Assembly (NCBI GenBank): GCA_951406725.2
Contig: OX597824.1
Coordinates: 9,362,001-9,426,000 of the forward strand
DNA: 64,000 bases
Reading direction: 5' to 3'
DNA from: Octopus vulgaris
Lineage: Eukaryota
A program made the position numbers and the translations under genes. Below the pieces are notes generated by a model that worked only from the letters and a program-made list of their open reading frames with translations, had not been told where the DNA came from and searched no databases. Shown here one piece after another: positions 38,696 through 51,659 of this stretch (the stretch's first letter is position 1; every line of letters starts with the position of its first letter).

Positions 38696-38981
38696 TATAT
38701 CGAACAGATATTAAACTTAAAATCTGAATTTAGGTCCTCACTGCTTTGCTGTACAGAAATCTTCGGAAACTACCATGAACAACCGGACTTTTCAAATTCA
38801 GTAAGGATCTCATCACGTGATTAACCAATACCTTCTTTGTTCTTTTTTATCTGTTTATTGACGAATCCTCCTATTGACATAAGCAAAACATTAACCAGTG
38901 AATCTCCTCAGATGCTTATGTTGCATGTATGTATATTATGTATGTGTGTGTATGCATGTGTGTATGTTTTGTATGTATAGT

Positions 38982-39313
38982 GAAGATGCATGGCTCAGTG
39001 GTTAGAGCGTCGAGCTTACGATCGTGAGGTTGTGAGTTCGAATCCCGGAACGGGCTGCGTGTTGTGTTCTTGAGCAAGACACTTTATTTGATGTTACTCC
39101 AGTTCAATCAGCTGTAGAAATGAGTTGCGACGTCACAGGTGCCAAGCTGTATCGGCCCCTTTGCCTTTCCCTTGGATAACACTGGTGGCATGGAGAGGGG
39201 AGGCCGGAATCCATGGGCGACTGCTGGTCTTCCATAAACAACCTTGCCCAGAATAGTGCCTGGGAAGGTAACTTTCTAGGCGCAATCCCATGGTCAGTCA
39301 TGACCGAAGGGGG
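38982..39313 (+). mobile_element. Family E tRNA-derived SINE
   Basis: A box TGGCTCAGTGG and B box GAGTTCGAATCCC; D-like central domain with a distinct tail. Confidence 0.88.
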
Positions 39314-39411
39314 TTTCAGCATGTATGTATATATTTGCATGTATATGTGTGTATATATCTAAATATCAATGTATATATATAAAACGTAGAGAGTAAAAGA
39401 GTCAAAACTAT

Positions 39412-39720
39412 GAGTAAGTACGGTTAAGTAGCTTTTTAATAATCCCTACAAATGTTTCGATACAGATCCATTTAAATACAGGATTTAAAGCTAAATTCAA
39501 AGTTTAAATTAAATTATATAACGATTTAAATGCATAAGATCTACATGTATCTCCTCAGGCGATATTCAATTGCTGTCTCTGTAAGTAAATCTACATTTCA
39601 TGATACAACTTCGTTTCATAATTTAAATTAAATTTAAATTTAAATCCTGTATATCTGCGGATCTGTATGTATCGACACATTTGTAGTGATTATTAAAAAG
39701 CTGCCTGACCGTTCTTACTC
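39412..39720. repeat. Imperfect inverted duplication (~110-bp arms) of a hammerhead-bearing module
   Basis: gagtaagtacggttaagtagctttttaataatccctacaaatg matches the reverse complement of catttgtagtgattattaaaaagctgcctgaccgttcttactc. Confidence 0.85.
39442..39563 (-). ncRNA. Hammerhead ribozyme motif with extended stem II
   Basis: AUCGC-CUGAGGA-GAUACA-[81 nt]-UGUAUC-GAA-AC(AUUU)GU-A-GGGAU; intact core, stem I 4/5 paired. Confidence 0.72.
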
Positions 39721-39869
39721 TTACTTTTCACTTTTTATTTTCACGCACGAGGAATACCTAAGACTAGAATTGGTAGCATACTATCCTAACATTACCGGCT
39801 ATTTGGGAATTCTAAGGGTGAACGAGCTCTATTTGTACTCGAATACGTTATTGACAGACTATATCTATA

Positions 39870-39910
39870 TATACGTATGTATGTATATACGTATGTATGT
39901 ACGTACGTAC

Positions 39911-39941
<31 letters not shown>

Positions 39942-39989
39942 TGTATGTATGTATGTATGTATGTATGTATGTATGTATGTATGTATGTA
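39870..39989. repeat. (TATG)n microsatellite
   Basis: Seen directly. Confidence 0.95.
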
Positions 39990-40132
39990 TTGCAAGTGAA
40001 GCTTATAACTGAAAGCGTATAACTGAACCTGAAAGACTGATATCAATCAGTTGATATCAAAAATAAGTTATAAAAAAATAAAACTGACGGTCGTGAGTAA
40101 GAATCGAACTTACATATAATTAACGATAAGAC

Positions 40133-40258
40133 ATTTTATTGATTGTTCCGTGATGTTCGGTCAGAGTTATTTACTGTATATATATATATATAGATATATA
40201 TATATATATACATAGAGTAAATAACTTTGACCGAACATCACGGAACAATCAATAAAAT
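40133..40258. repeat. Near-perfect palindrome centred on (TA)n
   Basis: 43-bp arms, 42/43 complementary. Confidence 0.92.
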
Positions 40259-42262
40259 ATATATATATATATATATATATATAATAGAGACGTGCTAATG
40301 AATAATTTAAGACTTCTTCGCCATCGGCCACACACCTTAAATTAAATTTATAGCTAGATTTAAAGATTTCTCTTAAAGATGTTTCTCACCACTCGTAGAT
40401 TTCATGGCAGAAGCACATTTATAGTTCACAAACTAGGAAGAACTTTTGGAATATTTTTTTTTAACTATTTCCTCCTTTTGTTAGAAGAGATTTATGAAAT
40501 ATGCTGTCATTTTGTAATTATAATGATTTTTTTCTTTCATCATTGTCAAGGAAAATTACAACTAATGAGATCCAAAATTCTTCTTGGTACCTTCATTTTA
40601 CCATAATCCCTTGGAAACGCATAACACGACAGGATTAGATATCGCAAAATATATCGTATAATTTGTGCATGACATTGCTACAGCTAAAACCTTTTCATGT
40701 AATAAATAATTATTAAATTATCTAACGCTGCACGCATTAATCACTTAATTAATTGTATAAAAGCTTCTTACAAAAACGGTTTCCTGTTATTTTTTTTCTT
40801 TTAATTCCATTCCTTAATGTATTCGATTCCGCCAGTTCTTTCCTTTCTTTTACATTATATATTCTTATCGCATTTGCTTTCCTTTCCTACTTTAAAATTT
40901 CAGCTGTTGTTGCTTTTTTTGTCTCTATTTTCCCATCCTTTATAGATTTCATTCCTTTAACTTTTGTTTTCACTTTTTTCTAACACACCCTCTATGATAC
41001 ATTGTCCTGATACTCATACCACCACCATCGCCACTGTCTCTTCGGATCTCTTTTGTTATACGTGATCTTTCCACCTTTTATTTAGCTACTTCTTTCCCTT
41101 CACGTATGCTCACAATGAAACACAGACGCGTTCAAGCATACATACATACATACATACACTACTAGCCAGACACTTTCCTATTTTGTCTCTTCCTCCAACC
41201 CTTTCGTTCCCCTGTTTATCATTTCTCTCCTATCAGTTCTCTCTCTCTCTCTCTCTCTGATCTCCATTTACGTCTCTTGTCTCTCACACTGTTGCTTATT
41301 ATGCCACTCACTGCACACCACATCGACTGCTTGCCTTAGGATCTTCCCATTCACCTAACTTCCTCTTTCCACTTAAATTAACGACAAGGGAAATTCTTAA
41401 TGGAAATTCAATAATTGTTATTAGCTCCGAATCAATTTGTTAATTCCCTGGTTGTAGCTGACTTCATTTTCTTTTAATTAATTTCACCTAAGAAATGAAA
41501 TAAGTCTATTTCTTATAAATATTCTCAACATAAAACAGTGTAATTTTTTTCAACTTCCGTGGAACTGAGATTTTCTTCAAGAATTCCTTCGAATGCAATT
41601 AAACACATGAACGAAAATGCACGTTAATAGTGCAAAAGAACATATAAACAAAATGCCTTGAAAAGTATCAACTATGAACAAACGTTGCTTTGTTTCTACT
41701 AAGCTACTACACGTTGCATCTACTTGACTTTACGACTCAAAAGTCCTGCTAATTGCCCGTGTTTTCTCGTGTTGCTTTAATGCTTAGTGAAATTTGATAA
41801 TTCTAATTATGTTAAGATTATTTTGTACGCAACAACGAACAAAATCACAACACAACCGTCCTAAAAACGGTGAAATCACAGTAGATATTATAGCCTTGGA
41901 TCTATTAAGGCCATAACCGAGAAAAAGACAGGGTGCCTACTGAGAGAAATTCATTTATCATCCGCTTCAGACGAATGACATGATGCTAAAAAACAACAAA
42001 AACAATAGAAACATTTAACATAGGAGCACTGCTTTGTTTTGTTCTATCGTTAAGCGGGTGAAATAAAAGCCTCCTTCTAGAAAGGCCTCCAGGACTGATT
42101 GTGGCTACTTATATAAAGGCTAGTAATCAAACGAATTGACCCTAATAATTCACTGGTATTTTATTTAATGAGACCTGAAGGATGGAGGACAAAGCAAATT
42201 TGACTTGTATGGGATTTGAAACCAGGTGAAGAGGTGGTGAAATATTGTTCTTGTGACCCTCC

Positions 42263-42693
42263 GAAGTACAAGCTGAGCAAGGTTGTTTATGAAAGACCAG
42301 CAGTCGTCCACTTATACCAACCCCCACTCTCCACGTCACCGATATTATCCAAGGGCACCAGTGCCGTCGCAACTCATTTATCAACGTGCAAGTGGTTGAG
42401 CAATCCACAGACACGTGTACTCTTAAAGTAGTTCTTGGAGAGATTCAGCGTGACACAGAGTTTGACCAGGCAAGCCCTTTGAAATATAGGTACAAAAGAA
42501 ACAGGAAGAAAATGTGAGTGAAGGTTGTGGTGAAAGAGTACAGCAGGGTTCACCACCACCCCCTCCTGCCGAAGCATCGTGGAGCTTTAGGTGTTTTCAC
42601 TCAATAAACACTCACAATGCTCGGTCCAGGAATCGAAACCGCGATCCTACGACTGCAAGTCCGCTGTTCTAACCACTGGGCCATTGCGCCTCC
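42263..42693 (-). mobile_element. Family C SINE (tail 2, truncated) abutting a family E tail fragment
   Basis: 42380-42693 is the reverse complement of the 30585 copy; 42263-42377 matches the 39120-39250 region. Confidence 0.85.
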
Positions 42694-43104
42694 ACTAATG
42701 GAATATATACTTTTATTAATTAAAAGCGTAACTAATTTCCTCATAACGCCAGCAGTTTTAAAAAAGAAGAGCGTTAGTTGATATCCTTAACCCTAGTATT
42801 TGACAGGTACAATACATTATGGAGGGATGAATAGCAACGCTGAACTCGTCCATATTTTAAAACAGAACATGATAAGCCGAGATAAATACAGCTGCGCACA
42901 TTTTCTCCAAGCGCAACTATTTTGCCAGGTTCCCACCTAAATTTTATCAATTAAAATAATGAGAAGAAATAATGCAGCAATAGCGAATTTTGAACCTCCG
43001 CTCAAACATACGGTAACTTTTAACTTCCCCCATTCATACATATGGCAACGGTGCTTGTATAGGTCAACCAAAAACGCATTTACGTATAGACACAAAATCA
43101 CATA

Positions 43105-43519
43105 TATTTCTTTATTGCCCACAAGGTGCTAAACACAGAGGGGAAAAAACAAGGACAGACAAACGGATTAAGTCGATTACATCGACACCAGTTCGTAACT
43201 GGTACTTAATTTATCGACCCCGAAATGATGAAAGGTAAAGTCGGCCTCGGCGGAATTTGAACTCATAACATAGCGGCAGACGAAATACCTATTTCTTTAC
43301 TACCCACAAGGAGCTAAACACAGAGGGGACAAACAAGGAGAGACAAACGGATTAAGTCGATTACATCGACCCCGTGCGTAACTGTTACTTAACTTATCGA
43401 CCCCGAAAGGATGAAAGGCAAAGTCGGCCTCGGCCGGATTTGAACTCAGAACGTAGCGGCAGACGAAATATGGCTACGCATTTCGCCCGGCGTGCTAACG
43501 TTTCTGCCAGCTCGCCGCC
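43105..43519 (-). mobile_element. Family A SINE tandem dimer
   Basis: Same junction as the 4110 copy; TSD tatagacaca(a/g)aatcac. Confidence 0.92.
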
Positions 43520-44090
43520 TATAGACACAGAATCACTTAAACACACAAGAAGCACACACGTAAACATACACACATACAACTAACCCACAAATACACACAC
43601 ACGCATACTAAAAGCACACACACACACACGTATATATGTGTATATGGGGAAGTTTCAAGCAGCATGTACCAGTACAGATGTAGCCTGAAACGATATATTT
43701 AATTTATGGCATGGTTAGAACCGTAAGAGCAACAGCCGTGACCTTTTTACGGTGCCTCTGAGAGATGCTAGCTGTGGAAAGAGAGGTAGATACCTCTCTT
43801 GGGCTGATATAATAGGAAGCAGAGCATCAATATATCGATCAACGATGCAATCCCAACGCAGAACATCACAAATGCCAAACACGCTCCGATAACGCAATAC
43901 ATAATGAACCGCTGGGGAGACCTCGTACAATGCATGGAATTAAGTATCCAATATATATATACACACACGCACACACATATATGTATATATATATATATAT
44001 ATACATACGCATGTTTATATATAATGTGTATGTGTGTGTATATATAAATGTACATTTATATATATCTATATATGCACATATATGTGTGTA

Positions 44091-44301
<211 letters not shown>

Positions 44302-44517
44302 TCCACCAATACCCACCAAGTTCACTCTTACATTGTATGACATCACACTAAAAATACATCAACTGAAAATAGAAGTCAACAACACGGAACGCATTAACCA
44401 AATACGTGCATGCATGTATGTGTGTGTGTGTGTGCGTGTATATATATATTTACGGTCGCCATCTTTAACAAATGTCCCGCCATGTTGTTTATTCCTTCTA
44501 CAATACCTCATTACGCT

Positions 44518-44871
44518 AAAACATATGATAAAAGAAAAGACACAATGGTATTGTAACTGAAGCTACTTTATATTCTAAATATACCGACACCGATACGACC
44601 ACTGCCACATCGACTCCCGAGGTTGATATCACTTTCTGCTCAGCATAACTAGCAACCACGAACCCATGGGAAATTGTTCCTGTACGACCAACAGCCCATC
44701 ATCATCATCGTCGTCGTCATCAGGCATCGATGTACATAGAAAGACAATTTCTTGAAACACGCAAAGTTCAATCACCTTCTAGATCAGTCCTGATCGAACA
44801 GCAGTGATATAGAAATTGACTGGACTTCGTAGTGCAGAAAAGATATTTGATGTTCAAGGAAGCCCGCTGCA
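44518..44871 (+). repeat. ~350-bp direct duplication, copy 1
   Basis: Near-identical to 46415-46768. Confidence 0.92.
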
Positions 44872-44972
44872 CTAAAATCACCAGCGTAAATAATACAGCG
44901 TGTGGTAGAAGCATCGAAATATCGTACGAACATGCATCAAAAATATTTAAATATGCCAAAATATAATAAATG

Positions 44973-45273
44973 TGGAGGCGCAATGGCCCGGTTGTTAGGA
45001 CAGCGGACTCACGGTCGGAGGATCGCGGTTTCGATTCCCAGACCGGGCGTTGTGTGTGTTTATTGAGTGAAAACACATTAAAGCTCCACCTGCTCTGGCA
45101 GGGGGTGGTGGCGACCCCTGTTGTACTCTTTCGCCACAACTTTCTCTCACTCTCTCTTCCTGTTTCTTGAGTAACGCTGCGATGGACTGGCGTCCCGTCC
45201 AGCTGGGGGAGGGACACATACGCCACAGAAACCGGGAAACTGGGCCCGTGAGTCTGGCTAGGCTTGAAAAGGG
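44973..45273 (+). mobile_element. Family C SINE with tail type 1 and A-rich end
   Basis: Matches the 7469 copy; TSD-like aaaatataataaat. Confidence 0.92.
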
Positions 45274-45835
45274 CCAAAAAAAAAAAGAAAGAAAATATAA
45301 TAAATAATCGTAGATATTTTTGTAAAAATGCCGATTGTATTCCAAAAGACAATATAAAAGTACAGACAAATAATAATAATCTGCCCCAAACAACCAGTTT
45401 GATAAAATTTAAGCATAATCTCGATCAAAGTACTAAATACAAGGACGAGACAATGTGAGCTCCTTCGTGTGACCCCTCAGCCTACAGTTAACCAGAAAAT
45501 TGTTCCAAAGCACAACCATACACTTCTATAAAATGTCCCTCATTGGATGGTCACAGAATGCTCTAGATCTGTTTTTTTATTACCCATAAAGGGTCAACAT
45601 AAAGGGACATACATTACATTGGGGACATACAACAATTATAAACAAAATAAAATAAAATGAAGCGTATGATACAATGAAAGATGAAATAATGTAAAAATGA
45701 AAATGGTGTTACCTGCCCCATCGAGTAACACCACTTGCTTCCTTTCTCCTGCTCTCTATTAAGCCTATGTCATACTTCTTTTTCAGTTTTATGAAATCTA
45801 TATTCCTTGGAAGCCTTTCCTTGTCCAGGTCAACC

Positions 45836-46050
45836 TATTTCTTTACTACCCACAGACAGGACAAACAAGGAGACAAACGGATTAAGTCGATTACATCGAC
45901 TCCAGTGCGTAACTGGTACTTAATTTATCGACCCCGAAAGGATGAAAGGCAAAGTCGACCTCAGCGGAATTTGAACTCAGAACGTAGTGGCAGACGAAAT
46001 ACCGCTAAGCACAACGCCCGGCGTGCTAACGTTTCTGCCAGCTCGCCGCC
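45836..46050 (-). mobile_element. Family A SINE
   Basis: 15-bp TSD ttgtccaggtcaacc / ttatccaagtcaacc. Confidence 0.92.
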
Positions 46051-46414
46051 TTATCCAAGTCAACCTTCAACAGTTCATAATCCCCGTTGTGCTTCTCTCT
46101 TTCCATCTTTTACTGTTCTGTTAATTAATATCACCTCCTCGTTTATTTTCGTCCTCACCCTCTACATAAACAAAACCCGTGTTCTCCCATTTGATTACCT
46201 TTTCAAACAGGTCATCATCATATTGGTCCCAGAATGCTCTGAATCATAGAGCCACACGATAAAGTTGAAGCTACTTTTAGATTATAACAACAAGAATAAC
46301 AAATGAACGCCACGGAAATAGGTTTAGGCTTGATCTTGAAATGAATGAACAAGAAACTAATAAAATAAAGATACAGAGTTGATACAACTGGTATTTGACA
46401 AGCATTTGTAATAT

Positions 46415-46768
46415 AAACATATGATAAGAGAAAAGACACAATGGTATTATAACTGAAGCTACTTTATATTCTAAATATACCGACACCGATACGACCACTG
46501 CCACATCGACTCCCGAGGTTGATATCACTTTCTGCTCAGCATAACTAGCAACCAGGAACCCATGGGAAATTGTTCCTGTACGACCAACAGCCCATCATCA
46601 TCATCGTCGTCGTCATCAGGCATCAATGTAGAAACAAAAACAATTTCTACAAACACGCAAAGTTCAATCACCTTCTAGATCAGTCCTGATCGAACAGCAG
46701 TGATATAGAAATTGACTGGACTTCGTAGTGCAGAAAAGATATTTGATGTTCAAGGAAGCCCGCTGCAC
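46415..46768 (+). repeat. ~350-bp direct duplication, copy 2
   Basis: Near-identical to 44518-44871. Confidence 0.92.
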
Positions 46769-47814
46769 CAGAAGCTAATGACTAAAAATACGAGTTGATA
46801 CAACCGGATTTTTGACAAGCATTTGTAATATAAACCTGTGAAAGGACGCAGATAAAAGCCCATGTAATTAACAGTAACATCATCAACTCTAAACTATCTC
46901 AAATAACACCTCACGTAGCAACCTGCAATTACATACCCGTATGCCAACAGCAAGAGAATTCAATTATCAACACTTTTCACACATTATCAACTAAATCCCG
47001 CACAATGGCAGTAAAATAAATGCACGACACGCACTTTCAAATTAAGCGACGGCATTTTTCTGCCTCTTATCCAGTCCTTTGTTGCATGCATCAGAAATGC
47101 ATTTGGGAAATTTAAAATCTCAAAAGCCTCCAGGGACCCAAAATTAGAAACACCGAATGCGCCGAGGGTTTCATCTAAATCACTGCACTCATTAACATTT
47201 TTAGTTAATTATATCAACATTACGCAATCTGGAGACTGTGGAAATAAAAAGAATAAATTCTTCACAAATTGAAAGATTTACCTGAAGCAACACCATACAT
47301 GTCTTGTATAAAACTTTGTACATAGCATAGACAATCCCAGAAAGACATTTCCTACGTATTTGTGGACTACCCTGTCGTAAACGCAGATGAGGGCCCTTGC
47401 AGAACAATCAGCACAGATGATGTATTTATGTTGCGTGTACATTAGTCCACAGCCACTATTAAATCGATATTGGCTGAACCTGGTTACGGTGTACCAGGCA
47501 GATTTCGAAGTGATCACAGAATAACGTGTGATGGGGATTTTTGCTGAAAATCACAACGCATAGCCCGGTTGGAGAATTGAAACCACGATTGTGAGGTCGT
47601 GAGTGCAACAGCCTAACCACTAAACCACACGCCTTCTATATCCAATGTATTACAAACAAACCTGAGAATCTCTTCAATTTTCGTACATTCAGAACACTAC
47701 AAAATAAATGCCACAGCTCTGATGAAATTTTCTCCAAACGCATCAACCAATATACCACCAATATCAGTTCTATTCCTCGCTGCTCCCTCGATCACAAAAT
47801 AGGTAACCTATACC

Positions 47815-48045
47815 TATTTCTTTACTACCCACAAGGGGCTAAACACATCGAGGACAAACAAAGACAGACAAACGGATTAAGTCGATTATATCGACCCCAG
47901 TGTGTAACTGGTACTTATTTGATCGACCCCGAAACGATGAAAGGCAAAGTCGACCTCGGCGGAATTTGAACTCAGAACGTAACGGCAGACGAAATACCGC
48001 TAAGCATTTCGCTCGGCGTGCTAACGATTCTGCCAGCTCCCCACC
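47815..48045 (-). mobile_element. Family A SINE
   Basis: TSD-like caaaata...aacctatacc on both sides. Confidence 0.92.
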
Positions 48046-49092
48046 CTCAAAATATGCAACCTATACCTATATGCATATTCCTTCCTGTTTTTTTCCAAAA
48101 GTAAAAACAAAATTATTTCCTGGCCATGCAGAATAACGCATCCAAAATTTGCAACTTCCCACAAACGAAATATCACCTAAATATTTTAACCTACACCTAT
48201 TCAGCATTCTCGCATCTTCACAAAGCTTATAAAACCCCTCATGTGCTTATAAACATCACATTCATATACATCCGCCTACTGCATTCTAGTGACGGTTGCA
48301 TAACTATTCAAATCTTAAGCAAATCACAATGAAACTTGGATCTAACAGCACAATACAGCATCTGTAAAATCCATGGCTTCCTGTCTTGCAAGTAGCGCGA
48401 GAGGATATCACATATTTCCAACAATATAAACGCACACATACACAGCACACACATAAAGCATAAAATTACTTACGAAAGGTTAAATACAGCATCCTTGCAT
48501 TCACAACACGTGCAGTAGAATGCAGTGGAATTCATAGTAAAGAAATCAAAACGACTCGCAATCATACATAGAGCACGCTGCGTTTATCTCGCTTTTGACA
48601 CAGAAGAACAGAATAAACCAACTCTAGCGTACAAAAACTACGAGTCCTTCATGCATTTTGCCAGCTATTACTCGGGCCCCATGCTATGCATAACAATTCC
48701 AGTTGCAGCAGATTTTCATATAAATGCTGTTATTTGGAATTGAGTAGTCGGAAGAATATAATGAAAACGTTTATTATTCTTTTGCAATCTTTTCGACAAT
48801 TCTCTAAAACGTTCAGTACAAAATAATAGTTTTAAGCTTAAATTTCCCATCCATTATACAGTCGAACGACGAGAAAGGGTTAGCAGTTCGATAGTATAAT
48901 GATACGATAAAGCGACTAATATTTTCTTTTCAATATGCTACTGGAAACTCATCAAGCAATTACAGCAAGTAATTTAGTAAAACGTGTTAGCAATAGTTTC
49001 TCTAAGGAATTCAATTTCTTGTAAAATTTAATTTTCAAGCCTTTCTTTTCCTTTTGCGTTATCTCCTTAAATTGGGTCCATTTTCAGAAAGC

Positions 49093-49093
<1 letters not shown>

Positions 49094-49136
<43 letters not shown>

Positions 49137-49155
49137 TTGTGTGTGTTCGTTTGTG

Positions 49156-49210
<55 letters not shown>
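49094..49210. repeat. (TG)n microsatellite
   Basis: Seen directly. Confidence 0.95.
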
Positions 49211-49213
<3 letters not shown>

Positions 49214-49437
49214 TGAATCATACACGTTTTGCATTCCCAATTAATATAAGGTGTTACAAATAGATAATATTGATCTAATGGAAATGTACTCCAGCTGGTA
49301 AGTTAGGTCCCCTGCTTTCGGAGCCCTACATGTGTAGCTATTCCATTGCTTATTTCCAAATGTCGGCAGTTAATAAAACCTACCAGAGTAGATGACTAGT
49401 ACAATGTGGGGTTTTTTATAGTAGATATATATTTAGT

Positions 49438-50080
49438 GGAATGGCGTGGCTTAGTGGTTAGCGTGGTGGACTCATGGTCTTAAGATTGGGGTTTCGATTC
49501 TTGGACCGGGGGAAACGTTGTGTTCTTCAATGAACACTTCAATGAAACGTTGCTCCAGTCCATGCCGGACTGGTGTGCAGTCTAGTGGGGAATGTACACA
49601 CGAGAGAAACCGGGAATCTGTCCCTATATTCTCATGGAGTTATGTAGACTGGCCCCTATATTTAGCACATAATAAATATAATAGAAGGATAAAGCTCCTC
49701 ACCGAGCCATAGACTCAAAAGGCCGATCTTCCGGATTTCCTGATGGATATACCTTTCACTGGAAGGGATGCTGATCCCTCGCATGAATACTCATTTTTGC
49801 CAGGTAAGTCGACTGAGCAACGCGAAATGAAGTGCTTTGCCCAAGAACACAATACAGTACCCTGTCCAGGAGTCGAAACCGCAAACTTATAATCATGAAG
49901 TAGTACCTGGATTTTAAAGGGCCGGCCTTGTCCCATTCTTTGTCACGCTGAATCTCCCTGAGAACTACTTCAAGGACACACGTGTCTGCGTAGTGCTCAG
50001 CCACTTGCACGTTAATTTCACGAGCAACCTCTCTGTTGATCGGATCAGCTGGGACCCTCGTCGTCGTAACGGACGGAGTG
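49438..50080. mobile_element. Cluster of D-type SINE fragments (+ 49438-49625, - 49735-49895, + tail 2 at 49902-50080)
   Basis: Homology to the 30191 and 36638 copies. Confidence 0.75.
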
Positions 50081-50484
50081 CTCTTTTGTTCTTCTATTGT
50101 TCTTATTAATGTTCGGTAGGAGGGTGACAAGACTTTAAGACCACCCTTTACTTCGCATGATGTTTTAAAGATTCCACCAACCCCACCAGACCCAAACCAA
50201 CCAAATCGAATTATTCTAGAAGTAATCTGTGAATATTTTATTACGTTACTAATGGACGACATTGATGTACAAAAAGAAAAAAGAAAAGAAAAGATTTCAG
50301 TACAAATGTTATGTGTTTCGTGTCACGTGTATGGTATCTTCAATCTCCATGGCAACAGTTTACCAATTTGTATTTTCATTATGAAAAAATGTTACTTTTC
50401 TATTTTCATTGGGAAATAAAATCTTTATTTTATATTCAAATTGGAAATGTTATATCATAACCATACAGGTAATTGAACTTACAT

Positions 50485-50527
50485 ATCATCATCATCATCA
50501 TCGTCGTCGTCATCAGTATTATTATTA

Positions 50528-50620
<93 letters not shown>
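50485..50620. repeat. Compound (ATC)n(ATT)n(AGT)n microsatellite
   Basis: Seen directly. Confidence 0.95.
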
Positions 50621-50623
50621 TAA

Positions 50624-50830
50624 TGCGACGCGCTGGTAGCATCGTTAGCATACCGGGCAAAATGTTTAACAGTACTTCGCATGTTGCTACGTTCTGAGTT
50701 CAAATTCCGCCGAAGTCGACCTTTGCCTTTTATCCTTTCGGGGTCGATAATGTAAGTACCAGTGAAACACTGGGGTCGATGCAATCGACTAGTTCCCTCC
50801 CGAAAAAATCCAGGCATTGTGCCTATAGTA
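50624..50830 (+). mobile_element. Family A SINE (diverged, alternative tail)
   Basis: GTTCTGAGTTCAAATTCCGCCGAAGTCGAC core. Confidence 0.85.
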
Positions 50831-50836
50831 CAATGG

Positions 50837-50871
<35 letters not shown>

Positions 50872-50889
50872 GTGTGTGTGTGTGTGAAT

Positions 50890-51110
50890 ATGTTTGTGTC
50901 TGTGTTTGTCCTCCCAACATCGCTTGACAACCGATGCTGGTGTGTTTATATCCTCATCACTTAGTGGTTCGGAAAAAAGAGACCGATAGAATATGTACTA
51001 GGCTTACAAAGAATAAGTATTGGGGTCGATTTGCTCGACTAAAGGCGGTGCCCCAGCATGGCCACAGTCAAATGACTGAATCAAGTAATGAGTATGAACA
51101 GGATAAAAGA
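50890..51110 (+). mobile_element. Family B SINE 3' half
   Basis: Matches 55640-55835. Confidence 0.85.
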
Positions 51111-51277
51111 GATTAACAGTTGCAGCAAAAATAACAAAAACAATTACAGCAGCTTCCTCGTTACCACAAACCCAAAAGTTGGCCTATTGTCTTATCTGCT
51201 GGTCTGATGTAAACTTGGATTGATAGTGTAGATGGCAATAACACAGATTCCAAACTGTTACGCGGGCTAGACCAGAC

Positions 51278-51485
51278 ATGTGACCTCGTGTGTACCGTTG
51301 GCGATTTTTTTTTCTTCTGTCTTCCCTTCTCTGGATCTTTCCTTCTCCTATGTTTCCGACGAAGAATTCCGCTCGAAACGTTTAACCCTCCTTCTATCCT
51401 TCTTTCCTGAGTGTCCAATAATACTATCTTTGTTCCACGTCCTCGCGTTGTTATGTTTTTTTGTGCTTTCTTGTTTGGATTAACT
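51278..51485 (+). mobile_element. Family F1 hammerhead-bearing element, copy 4, with TSD
   Basis: Flanked by (ct)agaccagac direct repeats (51267-51277 and 51484-51494); degenerate hammerhead at 51352-51386. Confidence 0.85.
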
Positions 51486-51659
51486 AGACCAGACCTAAGC
51501 TTGCTTGCCCAGGAAAGGCGGGAACAGCAAGAAGAATTGTAACCTATAGACGTATATGATAATTTAAATGTAGGAACATTAATGCCTTGACATCAACAAA
51601 TCCAGAGAAGTGCGTAAATAACGAAAGGGAATCAAGAAGCTGTGTGAGAAGATGAAGAT

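Noticed and set aside
47232-47517. Minus-strand 79-aa ORF ending at CAG|GTAAAT with a nearby acceptor
   Set aside because: The implied intron is only about 46 nt and the peptide has no recognisable homology.
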